Shown piece after piece: positions 13,136 to 26,195 of a DNA stretch of 64,000 nt. The notes beneath the pieces were generated by a model. The model was not told the DNA's origin. It saw only the letters and a program-made list of their open reading frames with translations, and made no database searches. Position 1 is the first letter of the stretch. Each line of letters opens with the position of its first letter. The position numbers were made by a program, and so were the translations under genes. Source of the stretch: Octopus sinensis (Eukaryota); the NCBI RefSeq assembly GCF_006345805.1, contig NC_043009.1, positions 70,866,001 through 70,930,000 of the forward strand, written 5' to 3'.

Positions 13136-14039
13136 GTTTATACAGCCTTGATACAGCCTTAAGCCTTAAGAGAAAAAAATACACATTTAACGGATGACCG
13201 TTGACGATCCGCCCTTTGACGGGTTTTGTTTTTCATCCCGCAGGGTGTCCAATAAACACCCTCCTCACCAAGCGAGCTTGGTGGGGTTGCCGGTTTAGTC
13301 ACCGACGGCCCAACCATGCAACAGGTTGTACTGGGTTACATGTTACCAGTAGCAATCAGAAAGTGACCTGTATCATGCGCGGGGACATAGAAATAATCGA
13401 ACTGAATACCCGATCGCGCGGTTAAACCATTGGGAGTGAAGGACTCCTAGCCTTTGTTAGGACATTCTTTTGGAGAAGGTAACTCAGGTAACTGGGATAA
13501 CTCCGACATAAAACCTGCGGCCCAGTGGTTACTGATGATGTTGACTTGTTCTTCTTTTCGGATTATGGCTGTTGTTGCTTAGTGATTGTTGATGATGCTG
13601 TGAATCTCAAGTGAATGGCTGGCTGTAGCCTTAAAAGGCAAATAAAAGGTGTTTAGCCAAGGCATTATATAATCAGCAACACAATGCACATATATGTGTG
13701 TGTGTGCGTGCGCGCGGGAGTGCAGCTATATATATATATATATATACATATATATATTTGCATAGTTATATATATATGTGTGTACATATATATGCACATA
13801 TGTATATATATGTATGTATATATGCATATATATTTACGTGTGTGCATATATTAGCAATGATTATAATGATGTAAAATATGGAGACTGGTTCATCCCCTGA
13901 ATTTATTTCCTTTTATTTTACGATGTCCTTCGCCATATTTTAACGGTTACAACGACTTATTCTATTGCACAAAGTATAGGCAGTTGCAGATGCAACTGGG
14001 TATAATTTTCTCTGCAGTTTCATTCAAGGTCTTAAAACC

Positions 14040-14700
14040 AGCTTGGCTCTAGGCGAACTGAATTCAGTTGGTTGTTTATTGGTTACGTTTCAAGGAGAAG
14101 TGAGGGAAGGTTGTTTTGAATCAGAAATTTGATCTTTTGGTAAATTTCTGTTTCAACTTGATTTCCCGCCAGTTGCTGGCCGAAGTCAGGTTTCTGTCTA
14201 ATTAGGTCAAAGTTTATGTTAGTCTCCTGGCGGGCTTCTTCATCAATCGTAGAAGATGGAGTTCTAGTAATGTATTTCATTTTAAGGTTGTTCAGTTCCA
14301 TGCTATGTTCTTATTTTCGTGGCTGTATATTTATTATTCTGGGTAATAGAAAAGAAAAGGAACATATACCAGGTTGGTTAAGAAAAGGCCATGTATTCGG
14401 AGGTTTTTAGGGCTTTTATCTTTGCCTTCCCACCCATCTGTAGGTCTAGAACGTGTGTTAAATTGATTAAAAGTTTTGTTATGTTTATGCAAGCGTCTTA
14501 AGGCCTGTCCCAGCCTGATGTTATAGAATTTGTATCTTGATGTAAAGAGTTGGCATATTTCTTCGGTTCCTAGCTCACATCCATTTTCCCTGTTCCATAT
14601 GGTTTACTAATTATATCCCAACCTGTGGTAAAGTTATAAATCCTATTTTTAAGGGATCAGATTAGTCTGCTTAAGCTTGTGATGATCAGCTTACTTTTAT
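14040..14700 (-). mobile_element. Highly decayed GIY-YIG C-terminus and probable pLTR of a Penelope-like element
   Basis: Minus frame KLSRLI*SLK...WDIISKPYGTGK resembles the LSKLIWxLK...WKIL...PY motif of the other copies. Confidence 0.5.
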
Positions 14701-15256
14701 TCCTAAATGAATTTAAATGATCTGCTAGTGTGCTGCCCCCCTATATGGAAGTACGTCCTTCACTCAGAAGTGATATTGCATCGATACATTAGGTTCTTGG
14801 ACAAACATTTAGAGATTAAGGGATATACTTTATTCCTAGCACGATCACAGAGACCTAATTGCTATTATCTATTGCGTAGTTCTTGCTATATGTCTCTGCT
14901 GCCCTCATTTCTTTCGATCTACTATTTTCCTAAACTTTACATCCATAGGTGCTTGTGGGCTTTATACCTATATAGATAGACAGACAGACAGACAAACTGA
15001 CAGATAGTCAGACAGATAGATAGATAAACAATTATATAGATATAGATATAGTACTATACATTACATAAATATATATGATTAAACGCATATATGTGTGTAT
15101 GTATGTGTCTGAGCGTAAAATATATTTCCATTTGCGCATAGTATACATTTATTCAGTTACAAGTGTGTTCTTTAACTACACATATGGAGTATATGTTTAG
15201 TTTTCTGTGTATACATATACACATATGTATATGAATATATACATATATATACGTAC

Positions 15257-15303
<47 letters not shown>

Positions 15304-15382
15304 ATATGTGCATATATATATATATATATATGCATATATATATATGCATATTTATAATATGCACATATATACATATACATAC

Positions 15383-15451
<69 letters not shown>

Positions 15452-16708
15452 AAACATACATTCAGACTAGTGTTTATATCTATATTCTCCGTAGATATTT
15501 AGTACTTTTGCATCTTGATTATATGTGTGTACTTTTCTGTGTCATTTTCGTTTGTTTCTCTTTATATCCCTATATTTATGTCTACATGGCTGTATGTCTG
15601 CCAATCTACGCGTGTGTGTGTGTGTGCACAGAGGATGCTCTCGCATCGGTTGGTAACGATGTTAGCGGATCTGTCAACTTTTCAATATTATACATTGTCA
15701 ATTCCCCATTCAACTGGATAGGTTCAAAGCTATATAAAACCTTATGATATCTATCTTTTGCAAATCTTCATATCTCCAACAAACCAAATCACGACATAGC
15801 CAAAATCTCGGCATTTATTTGTATTATTTTCTCTTCTATTTTTTTAACATTTTATCATTTTTTTCACGTATTTCACATAAGAAAAATATAAAGTTGAAGA
15901 GACATAATTCTTAAACATTTGTTTTGATATTTCTTACATTTTAAAGTTTTACTTTTTTTTTCTAAAAGTTGAAATCCACCAACACTTGGTTGATAGATTT
16001 CGATGTCAAACGGGTAAAATATTTGTTGAACTCTCTGTGCATCAATAGAAAGTTTAAAATAAATCTGGTATCAGATAGTGACTGTCAAAGACAAACAGTA
16101 CTTCTGTTAGGCGCCAGCATTCAGGCTATCTTATTAAGAAATTTGCTTTACAACCAAGTGTTTATTGGAGTTCCAATTCTCCCACATTTATGAACGTCTG
16201 GTGTGCATGTGTGTGTGTGTATGTGTGTATGTGTGTGTTTGTGTGTGTGTGTGTGTGTGTATTTCAACAATGCTTGCTGGTGAAAAGGTAAAAACTTCAG
16301 ATTCTATAATTAAATGATAGATACATTGGAAACAATAACAAATGGCGGTGCCCCAGCATGGCCACAGCTCATTAGCTGAAACTGGAAAAATCAAAAATCA
16401 AAATAAAACGGTTCCTTATGAAGTAAAGCCTCTCCAAATCGATTTCCGCTGCTCCGAGTTTGTAACGCTAACCTGTACCCTGCCCCGTTATAAACGCAAT
16501 GAACTTCACAGTGGTCTGTTGGAAACCTGTAACCAACGGCACCATTCATTGCTAACATTATTCTTTTATCCCAGTTGCTTCCTCTATTTACTCAACAGCG
16601 TTCGTGCGTTTACCCTCTGTAAAAATTAACACCGTTTAATTTCACATGTTAAACTTCTTTTAAGATAAATAATAAAGATCCTTCCTGAGTTATATAGACT
16701 CATATAAC

Positions 16709-16990
16709 CTGTTTCCTGGTTTCCCCGTTTCCCGGTTTCCCGGTTTACCCGTTTCCCCGTTTCTCGGTTTTCCTGTTTCCCCGTTGCCCCGTTTCTCCTC
16801 TTCCCAGTTTCCCCGTTTCCCGGTTTTCCCGTTTCCCCGTTTCCCTATTTTTCCGTTTCTCTATTTCTCTTTTTCTATGCCTCCCCGGTTTCCAGGCTTC
16901 CCCGTTTCTTCATTTCTCGGTTCCCCGGTCTTCCCGCATTCCCGTATCCCGGTTTCCCGTTTCCCTCTTCCTCCGTTCCCCCGTTTCCAT
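16709..16990. repeat. Degenerate (TTTCCCCG/GTTTCC)n minisatellite
   Basis: About 280 bp of imperfect 7-9-nt units; G-rich on the minus strand. Confidence 0.9.
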
Positions 16991-17187
16991 GGCGTATATA
17001 TTTCCCACCTAGACAGGACGCTTGTCCGTCTCAAAATTACTCATTTTTGCCACCAGGGTGAACTGGAGCAACGTGGAACGCAGGGTTTTCTTCGAGATCA
17101 AAACGCATTGTCCGTTTCAGGAATTAAAACCCCGATTCTACGATCATGAGTCCAACACTCTAACCATTAAACCACGCACCGCCACTT
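16985..17187 (-). mobile_element. tRNA-headed SINE, second family
   Basis: Reverse complement reads GGCGGTGCGTGGTTTAATGGTTAGAGTGTTGGACTCATGATCG...CACGTTGCTCCAGTTCACCC...; related to the copy at 33561. Confidence 0.75.
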
Positions 17188-17378
17188 AACTCCATTCAAC
17201 CTCGTAATATTTGATTTAATTACCTTCCTCATCCTACACCGTTGTAATTTGGTTGACGACCATTCAGATTCAGTTTTATACATTTCGTGAATTTCCAATC
17301 TTAGAAAAGCATATTTATGGGGAACTGCATATGGAAAAAACGTTTAAAATTGAATGCATTAAACATTGACACATGGAT

Positions 17379-17427
<49 letters not shown>

Positions 17428-17559
17428 TTACCGTATTTACTTTCATAAATAGATTTATTTCATTATTTATTTTCGACTTTTCCAAAATGCAGTCACATAC
17501 ATATGCACACATAGACTCAAAAACGCACTCATAGACACACTTATATATACATACACATA

Positions 17560-17815
<256 letters not shown>

Positions 17816-17884
17816 TGTGAATAAGAAAGGAAAGAATTTCATATAGTATAAAGTATCTAAGAATTTTCCTCTTTGTTTTTACAC

Positions 17885-18330
17885 AAAATATTGGTTTCAA
17901 ATCTTGGCACAAGGCCAGCAATTTCAAAGGGAAGTGGTAAGTCGATTACATCGATAAAATAACTGGTATTTATTTTATCGATCTCTAAAAGATGAAAGGC
18001 AAGGTCGTCTTCTATGGCCTTTGAATTCGTAACGTAAAGCAGGACGAAATACCGCTAAGCATTTTGCCTTTTGTGTTAACTATTCTGTCAGCTCACCACC
18101 TTGCACAAATTACTCTTTTCTACTCAAGGTTCAAAGCCCGAAATTTTTGGGGAGGGGGCCAGTTAATTAGATCAACTCCAGTATGCAACTGGTACTTAAT
18201 TTATTGACCCCGAAAGGATAAAATGCAAAGTCGACCTCGGCGGAATTTGAAATCAGAACGTAAAGACAGACGAAATACCACCAAGCATTTCGCCCGGCGT
18301 GCTAACGCTTCTGCCATCTCGCCGCTCTGC
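17885..18330 (-). mobile_element. Two adjacent main-family SINE copies
   Basis: Two successive units with the GTCGACCTCGGCGGAATTTGAA-type B-box region and ...TTCTGCCA.CTCGCC heads. Confidence 0.85.
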
Positions 18331-18864
18331 ACAGAATATTGACGAAAGAGAAACGCACCAAAAGCTAGAATATGGCCCAGAATCAGTTTGATTTCTATTT
18401 TTAATAGTCAAGTTTGTTTATGCATTTACGCCTGAATTATTTCGAACACTGAAGTGATGTTTAAGTCAGGAAACAGATGAAATGTGATGGAATATTATTG
18501 AAAGGTAAAAATATTATGGATGACGGAACTAAAATTTTACAACAGAAATCGAAAAACACGGACAAAATGCCATGGGATTTATTTGATGTTGTATATGACG
18601 GTTAATGTAGACTGCGTTGAGAAACAACTGAACCGCCAATGTAAAATAGTGGAAAGGAAAATGATTATGAAGACACACATATAACTAATCAGAAATAGAA
18701 GGAAGAATAGTTCCCGACTGTTGCTCCCTTTTTTTTATATACAGTTTGATCCTCTTTTTTACAGGCATCAGTTCGCAACAAGTATGACCTCGCTTAGCGA
18801 ACTTTCTATCGTTTAACTTGTACTTCTTTTAGTCATTAGAAAGCGGTCATGCCGAGATACCGCT

Positions 18865-19015
18865 TTGTATAGTTTCAAATTTTGGCACAAGGCCAGGGTA
18901 GGGAATTGGTCGATTACATTGGCCCCAGTATTGAACTGATACTTATTTCATCGACCGCAAAATGATGAAAGGAAAAGTTGACCTTGGCGGGATTTGAACT
19001 CAGAATATAAAGAGA
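18865..19015 (-). mobile_element. Main-family SINE, partial
   Basis: AAATTTTGGCACAAGGCCAG...GTTGACCTTGGCGGGATTTGAACTCAG. Confidence 0.8.
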
Positions 19016-19493
19016 GACTGCAAAGGATTCCGCCAACTCGCAAGGATTTTAAATACTTTTGGAGAATAAAAGTATTTGGTGTCGGAATGAAATGGTGTTG
19101 TTGTAGTAGCGGGCCGTGAATTAAGTTTTGCTTTTTCGTGTTGGCGTATAAATTGGTTTCGTAAACGAACAACATGAAGTTCAACCATTATGACAACAAA
19201 TATTAAACGATCTCTGACAATTATCCTCTCCTCACTGTTTACCTATAATCATTAAATGATACACAAAATGAAATTTAAAATTTAGACTTAAAACAAAATG
19301 TAAACAAACAATAATAATAATAATAATAATAATAGTAACATCATATTTAACTTGCAACTGAAAATTTTCAAAATAAACACACATTCGCATACACAGAAGG
19401 AAGCTCACTCAGACATACACATATTATTCGGGAAAATAAATACCTACATCTTAATTAGAAATAAATGTATGTATGTATATATGTATATATATG

Positions 19494-19539
<46 letters not shown>

Positions 19540-19624
19540 GTGTATGTATATATATATAGATATACACACACATATATATATACACACATATATATACACG
19601 CACATATATATATATATGTTTACG

Positions 19625-19910
19625 CACGTTTATGAGACATTGCGAACAACGCCAAGTTCAATATTCTTGTAGCAGACTTGGTGAAAGTGATGAGGAATGT
19701 GTCTCGCATGTGCGAGCCTATGGCATTGGAAAGACACGTACAACACTTCATCCTCCGCATCCAGTTCTCTGGCTACAACCAAAGGAACAGGATTAGAGTG
19801 TACAAAGGAGCCAGGGCTAAGTACAAAATCATCATAGAGAGTTATGCAAAGAGGATCTACCCGCTATACAGGAGTAAATCCAGAAAGAGCACAAGACAAA
19901 AGCGAACCCA
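19625..19910 (+). mobile_element. Probable Penelope-like RT thumb fragment
   Basis: [22 protein letters not shown]...HVQHFILRIQFSGYNQRNRIRVYKGARAKYKIIIE...PLYRSK resembles the post-RT region of PLE reverse transcriptases (recognised from memory, not by search). Confidence 0.55.
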
Positions 19911-20773
19911 CATAAACACACAAACACACATGCGGTAACTTCAGAGACGGCCGCGACAACATCAACAACACGACTAAAAACGACAACAGCGACGGCGGTA
20001 ACAATAATGGCAACAACAACAACTACTACCACGATGGCAGCAGTGAAGGCAAACACAAACACAGTGGGCTACCAGAACGGTACAAAAGGTCGGGTTCTAG
20101 GGCAGCAGGTTGGGGACGGGACTGGGGGAGGGTCATAGTGCTACCAATAACAATGACACACATATACACACACACACAGACACATGCGCATAAAAGGATG
20201 CACGTCATAGAAAAACGGGATGGAATAAGCAGAGCAAGAGCACACACGAAGACAGAAAGTGTCGACGAGGAGGTCACATGTGTGTGACGAAACACTTCCG
20301 GACAATGGACATGAGTTAAAATAAGAACTGTAATAAATGAGTGAATAATGAAGAAATAGTGCGTGTGTTTATTTGGCAAAAAATGACCATTCCCCGATTC
20401 AACAATATACATACACACACACAAACACACGCATATATACATATATACGACGGGCTTCTTTCAGTTTCCGTCTGCCAAATCCACTCAGAAGGCTTTGGTC
20501 GGCCCGAGGCTATATGTACGTATATTCATATATGTGTGCATGTGTGTATGTGTGCATGTGTATATGTACGAGTAAATATGTGTATGTATATGTGTAGGTG
20601 TGTGTGTGTGTGTACACGTATATACATGTATAAATATATATATATTTAATATACATATACATACATACATACATACATATATATATATATATATGTATAT
20701 ATATGAGACGTCACATATATTGGAGTTTCTTGCATATGTTTAAAAGTCTAATTGGTGACCACTGTTGTTTATA

Positions 20774-20838
20774 TTCCTCCTGATAAGATTGATGCATTGC
20801 TCCACATTATTCATCCTGTCGAAACATATGTCGATGAT
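20774..20838 (+). ncRNA. Degenerate type I hammerhead motif
   Basis: CCTC-CTGATAA(20780-86)-GAT..GATG/CATC..GTC-GAAA(20821-24)-CATATG-TC-GATG. G8A change and one stem I mismatch. Confidence 0.6.
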
Positions 20839-21053
20839 CTGAAGATATAAATTATCTAATAACAACTTGATTATTTGTTTCCAGTTTCAATTCTTCCTAT
20901 GTTTCCAAAATACGTCTCGCTCCTCCCGCACTTGACTCTCACACAAGTGTGATCACTGATTCCTAGGACTCTTATGCGACATCTGGCAACCCTGGAATTA
21001 TTCCCCTGGATCTTTTCTATTAATTTAACATTCACACGTATATATATATACGT

Positions 21054-22470
21054 TCTTGAGTTCTTGACAACTTTAGTACCTCTTAGAACGTTCTAACCAG
21101 CTGAGTTTTTTTAATGCCTTTTTGACCAATCCGCATGCTCTTAAACATTACGGTTTGCCAGGCCTACCGATATTCTGTAACTTGTTTATATTTAATAATC
21201 CACATCATTAATTGGTTGTCATATTATTGCTGTTATTTTAATGGTAATTAAAAACAACACCACAATCACAACTAATACTGTTTTTACAAAAGCACCGATA
21301 CACACCAGTACCTAAATATCAAATCATGCCACCCAACACACACAAAAAGCAACATCCCGTACTGTCTAGCCAGGAAAATTTGTACTACAGTCGATGATCC
21401 AAATACCAGAAACAAGCGACTTATAGAACTCAAAGGATTTCTGCTCAAGCAAAATTATTGTCTCCTACTTAAAGAAAATAGCATAGAACGAGCAAAGGAG
21501 ATACCTGTACAACTTAGGGCAACAGGAAAAAGACGAACCCATCAAAGGAACACAACACCATTTCTAGGAAACACACAATCCGCATCACCAAAACATTTTT
21601 AACATCATCAAAACAAATTTGCCAATCCCAAAACAAAATTAAAAATTGAGGAAACCATAATAACTAATCAAACGCTTATCTTAAGCAAAAGGCAACCACA
21701 TAACCTTAAGAAACTATTAACAAAGGCAAAATTCAACATGAACAAACAGGATAAAACATTCACATATCCAAATGTAATGATAACAGATGTGGAACGTGTC
21801 AATACATGCAAATGGGAAGATCCATTAGAACAAGAAAGCACAAATCTTCGCAAATGCAGATATGAACTGCAAAAGCAGAAATTTGATCGACTGCATTAAA
21901 TGCCCGAATTGCGAGGAATTTTATATAGGTGAGATAAGGAATGCATTATCGGAACGCTCACGAGAGCACAGACAACGAATACGGAACACCAATGTTCGAC
22001 AAATTCCATTGAACGAACATATAGAGACATGAGGTCAGTCAGTATTTCTAATTTCTCCTTTCCACAAACAACATGGCGCAAGTGAGGTTGGAAGAAAGAT
22101 AAAAGAAAAAAAACGGTTTATTAAAATGTTCAGATCTGTTCTGAGCGGAAATGATAGCAATAACCAATCAATGATGTGGATTGATAAATATAAACAAGTT
22201 ACAGAATATCGATACGCCTGGCAAACCGTAATGGTTAAGAGCATGCAGATTGGTCAAAAAGCTATTCAAAGAATTCCACGTTCTAAGAGGTACTAAAATT
22301 GTGAAGAACTCAGCTGTCAGTTAAACACTTGAAATCTGATGGGTACTCTAAGTACGAAAGCGCTAATTTAACTTTAGAAGTATTACAAAATAATTATTTT
22401 AATGCTAAAATGTTAAAATCCCATAATATAAAACCTGAAAACCAGACCGCGTTCTCACTTTATTCAAATG
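21054..22470 (+). mobile_element. Penelope-like element 3' part (thumb + zinc finger + GIY-YIG) with inverted 5' partial pLTR and 3' pLTR
   Basis: Plus frames NIPYCLARKICTTVDD...RLIELKGFLLKQNY, KRQPHNLKKLLTKAKF and CPNCEEFYIGEIRNALSER. 21054-21240 is the reverse complement of ~22150-22312. Confidence 0.85.
22332..22369 (+). ncRNA. Minimal type I hammerhead motif (A9G) in the 3' pLTR
   Basis: AAAT-CTGATGG-GTAC-TCTAA-GTAC-GAAA-GCGC-TA-ATTT. Confidence 0.7.
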
Positions 22471-22549
<79 letters not shown>

Positions 22550-22552
<3 letters not shown>

Positions 22553-22786
22553 AAAGAAATAAGGTACTCGGAAATCTGGATGGTTTTATATTTACAGATA
22601 TTTATTAATATGTCACATGTTTTTAGAAATCATATATTAGAGTCTAGTGCAGTCTTCAGATTAAATCTGAAGACTCCATGGGAGTGGACGCAAGCGCTAA
22701 TATATGATTTATAAAAACATGTGACATATTAATAAATATCTGTAAATATAAAACCATCCAAATTTCTGAGTACCTTATTTCTTCTA

Positions 22787-22787
<1 letters not shown>
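22550..22787. mobile_element. Fold-back MITE with ~90-bp TIRs and a central palindrome
   Basis: The same peptide EIRYSEIWMVLYLQIFINMSHVF is read on both strands. Central AGTCTTCAGATT-A-AATCTGAAGACT at 22651-22675. Confidence 0.85.
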
Positions 22788-22847
<60 letters not shown>

Positions 22848-23060
22848 GAGGTGCTCCAGCATGGTCGTAGTCAAATGACTGAAAGAAATAAAAGAATACA
22901 TATATATATAATGCTTATCGCCACATCAATATGGCTGTTCGATGTTACTACCGTTTTTAACCGCAAGAAGTGTGTCCTCCAGTTGGTTATCGATGCAATA
23001 TTCACCCAGTATTTATTACAGGCAGAGGAAGAAACCTCTACCATCCAGCAGAAGACGGGA

Positions 23061-23109
23061 TCACCAACCCGAACGGTTTCGGGCTATTTGTGTCCATCTT
23101 CAGTAGTGA
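23061..23109 (-). ncRNA. Degenerate type I hammerhead motif
   Basis: Reverse complement reads TCACTA-CTGAAGA-T-GGAC-ACAAATA-GCCC-GAAA-CCG-TT-CGG-G-T-TGGTGA; U16.1 appears replaced by G. Confidence 0.6.
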
Positions 23110-23380
23110 AGACTCGCCCGCTAGAGATAGCAGGGATTCGCTCCAGCTCGCAATATTTAGTAAACCAAGTTACAATTAGTCATTCATCTTGCAAGGTCAG
23201 TGACTGAACTATAAAACATATGATGTAAATGTTTAGCTGAAAACGTCTTCTTTCCCTGTGAATACAAGTCGAAGGCTACTATGGTAACCGATGATGGATT
23301 TGCTGGCCGAATGTCCAAAGTCACTCTCGGTGTTATCTTTGTTGATAAAATATTTGTAGTCTACAAATAATTTTGAGTAA

Positions 23381-23454
<74 letters not shown>

Positions 23455-24137
23455 TACACACGCGTATATATTGTTGACGTCATAAAAATTATATAATCTT
23501 TCGAGAGAACTGCAGTATCATAATTGAGATATACGGATGCACAAGTTAGAGATATGATTGTATCGTGTATGTAGGAGTAAGCGCTTGTAGCTTACGCGAA
23601 GAGTTGAAAGGGCTGCGGAAGAAAAGTGGTGAGAATACAATATAATGAAAGAAGCATTCTTTATATTATCGACATGTTGTACAGAAGCACAAGGAATACA
23701 TAAAGAATATGGAAGTAAAAATTCTTTTCAGATATTCAAAGGCCCTCAAGTGAAGGCAGATGACGGAAGCCGTACAAACACAACAGTTAGATTCTCCCCA
23801 CCACCACTACCACAACACAAACACGCACGCATATACAACAGAATACACGCACACACGCACCTACACACTTTATAATAGGAAAACATTTAAACACTTACAC
23901 ACAGTAAGTTGACGATAAGAGAAAAACTGACGACTTAACCACAAACATGGGCGCAGGTGTTCAAATGCTGGCAAAACCAAAAGGGGACAAAGGAATTCTA
24001 ACAGAGACATTAATGTATAACTCACTTACCTGACAGATGTAGCACTACAAAGAATCCAATTCCTCGTTTGGGAGTCCATTCCCAATGGAAAGTTCAAAGA
24101 GGTAATGGGACGAAAATATTATACATACATACATACA

Positions 24138-24228
<91 letters not shown>

Positions 24229-24232
<4 letters not shown>

Positions 24233-24296
24233 TCCTACGAACGAAGGATTGTTTAAGCGACTCATTTGTTAATAGGCGAAACCGCCGGTCTGCGAG
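24229..24296 (+). ncRNA. 5'-truncated hammerhead motif next to a (TA)n tract
   Basis: ..TGA-GTCCTA...TAGGC-GAAA(24278-81)-CCG-C-CGG-TC. The 5' core and stem I are lost into the microsatellite. Confidence 0.5.
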
Positions 24297-24595
24297 TAAT
24301 TCTTGTTTTTTATATAATATTCATCTGTCTTGCCCGCATATTGTTCTGGTGTCCGCTGAATTTTTCTCTAGAGAACATTCTTTTCTTTGTAGTTTGATCG
24401 TAGGCGATCTATTTCTAGCATATGGCTGACCACATAGTGGTTTTTAGCTCTTTAAATATACACATGTATTAGAATTTTCTTTGATTTTTCAGATTTTTGT
24501 ATGCTAGGCTACTGGTTTTAAATTGATATTAATTGAATTAATATTCAATTTATCTCCCTGTCGATTTAATTGTTAATATATATATATATAGATAT

Positions 24596-24638
<43 letters not shown>

Positions 24639-24686
24639 TATATATACATATACGCATATATATGCATATATATACTCTCATATATG

Positions 24687-24739
<53 letters not shown>

Positions 24740-25074
24740 ACTGGAGAGCAGCCTTGAAGAAGTTTAGTCTAATTGAATTGACTCTAGTACATTTTTTTAA
24801 CCTATTGCTTACTCTATCGTTATTCCTGTTGAACCACTAAGTTATGGCTTCCCTGAACACAGGTACACTAGTTGTCAAGTCGTGATGCGGAACAAACACA
24901 AACACAAAGATACACACGCGCGCTCACACACACACACACACACACACACAGTAGTGAGTGGACAAACGAAAGACGGGTACTCGATACATTTAATGATTGT
25001 ATGTTACATCATGTACGGATCAAAACAGTTTGATTCAAAATCGTTGGTACTCCGGGAGTTTCAAGCATGATATT

Positions 25075-25392
25075 GAATTTGAATTACACACGATACTGTG
25101 ATAGCCTGGGCTTCCGAGGACCACAGCTCTTCAATATCCTCCCGAAGAACCTAAGAGACCTGCATAGGGTGGATGCAGATGTCTTTAAAATGAAACTGGA
25201 TCTCTTCTTGTCAGGTGTTCCAGATGAACCAACTTCACGCCAGGAGGTGCAGATGAGGGCAGCTACATCGAACCCTCTCATGCACCAGATGGCATTTGCT
25301 AAAAAGCATTCGTGAAGTAAAATCATGAAGCAACACCAAATGGCGGTGCCCCAGCATGGCCACAGCTTGTGAGCTGAAACTAAGTAAAATAA
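25075..25392 (+). mobile_element. 3' end of a CR1-group LINE with its 3' tail
   Basis: SLGFRGPQLFNILPKNLRDL...FKMKLDLFLSGVPDEP...ATSNPLMHQ is a typical ORF2 C-terminus. It is followed by the tail ATGGCGGTGCCCCAGCATGGCCACAGC...GCTGAAAC. Confidence 0.8.
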
Positions 25393-25450
25393 AATTTAAA
25401 AAAAAAATATGTATATACATACATACACATGTATATATATATAATATATG

Positions 25451-25496
<46 letters not shown>

Positions 25497-25806
25497 TATA
25501 TATATATATATATAATATATGTATGTGTATGTATGTGTATGTATATATATATATACATACATAATTCATACATACATGCATAGATACTCAGACCAGCAGG
25601 TTATCATAGCATAGTAGACATTCACTTAACAGGCTCATTGTGCGAGAGAACTCCTAAGTACATGACTGGGAAACTGAAGTTTAAGTCATGCAATCATATC
25701 CACTTCAATATGTTTAGAGAGACACACACAGAGACATGGAGAGAAATAGCGATACATACATGCATATGTGTGTGTATCAATGTATATACGTATATGTATG
25801 TGTATG

Positions 25807-25862
<56 letters not shown>

Positions 25863-26121
25863 TACATATACTCACACACACACATGCATACATATATATT
25901 CGCATAGATATAGTACTATGTTTGTACGTTTAAGTACATACAAATATTATATAATGAAACATTGTTCAACGTACAAAACAGAATTAATAATAAAATCAAG
26001 CAAACTGATATTTCACTGAAATTACACTAGTTTCGGTTAGTGCTTATCGATATTACTCGTTACGAGGTTTATAGCTGCTTCATCTCTCTGACTCTCTGTT
26101 TGTCTATCTATCTATCTATCC

Positions 26122-26195
<74 letters not shown>

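Noticed and set aside
12816-13197. Long ORFs such as [22 protein letters not shown], poly-I/T/R/V (also at 15.2, 17.3, 27.1, 34.3, 49.0, 55.8 and 62.8 kb)
   Set aside because: These are translations of di-, tri- and tetranucleotide microsatellites, not genes.
14150-14250. Minus-strand CCGCCAG...CTGGCGG-GAAA as a hammerhead
   Set aside because: Core spacing is wrong and there is no stem I pairing; at best an unrecognisably decayed motif.
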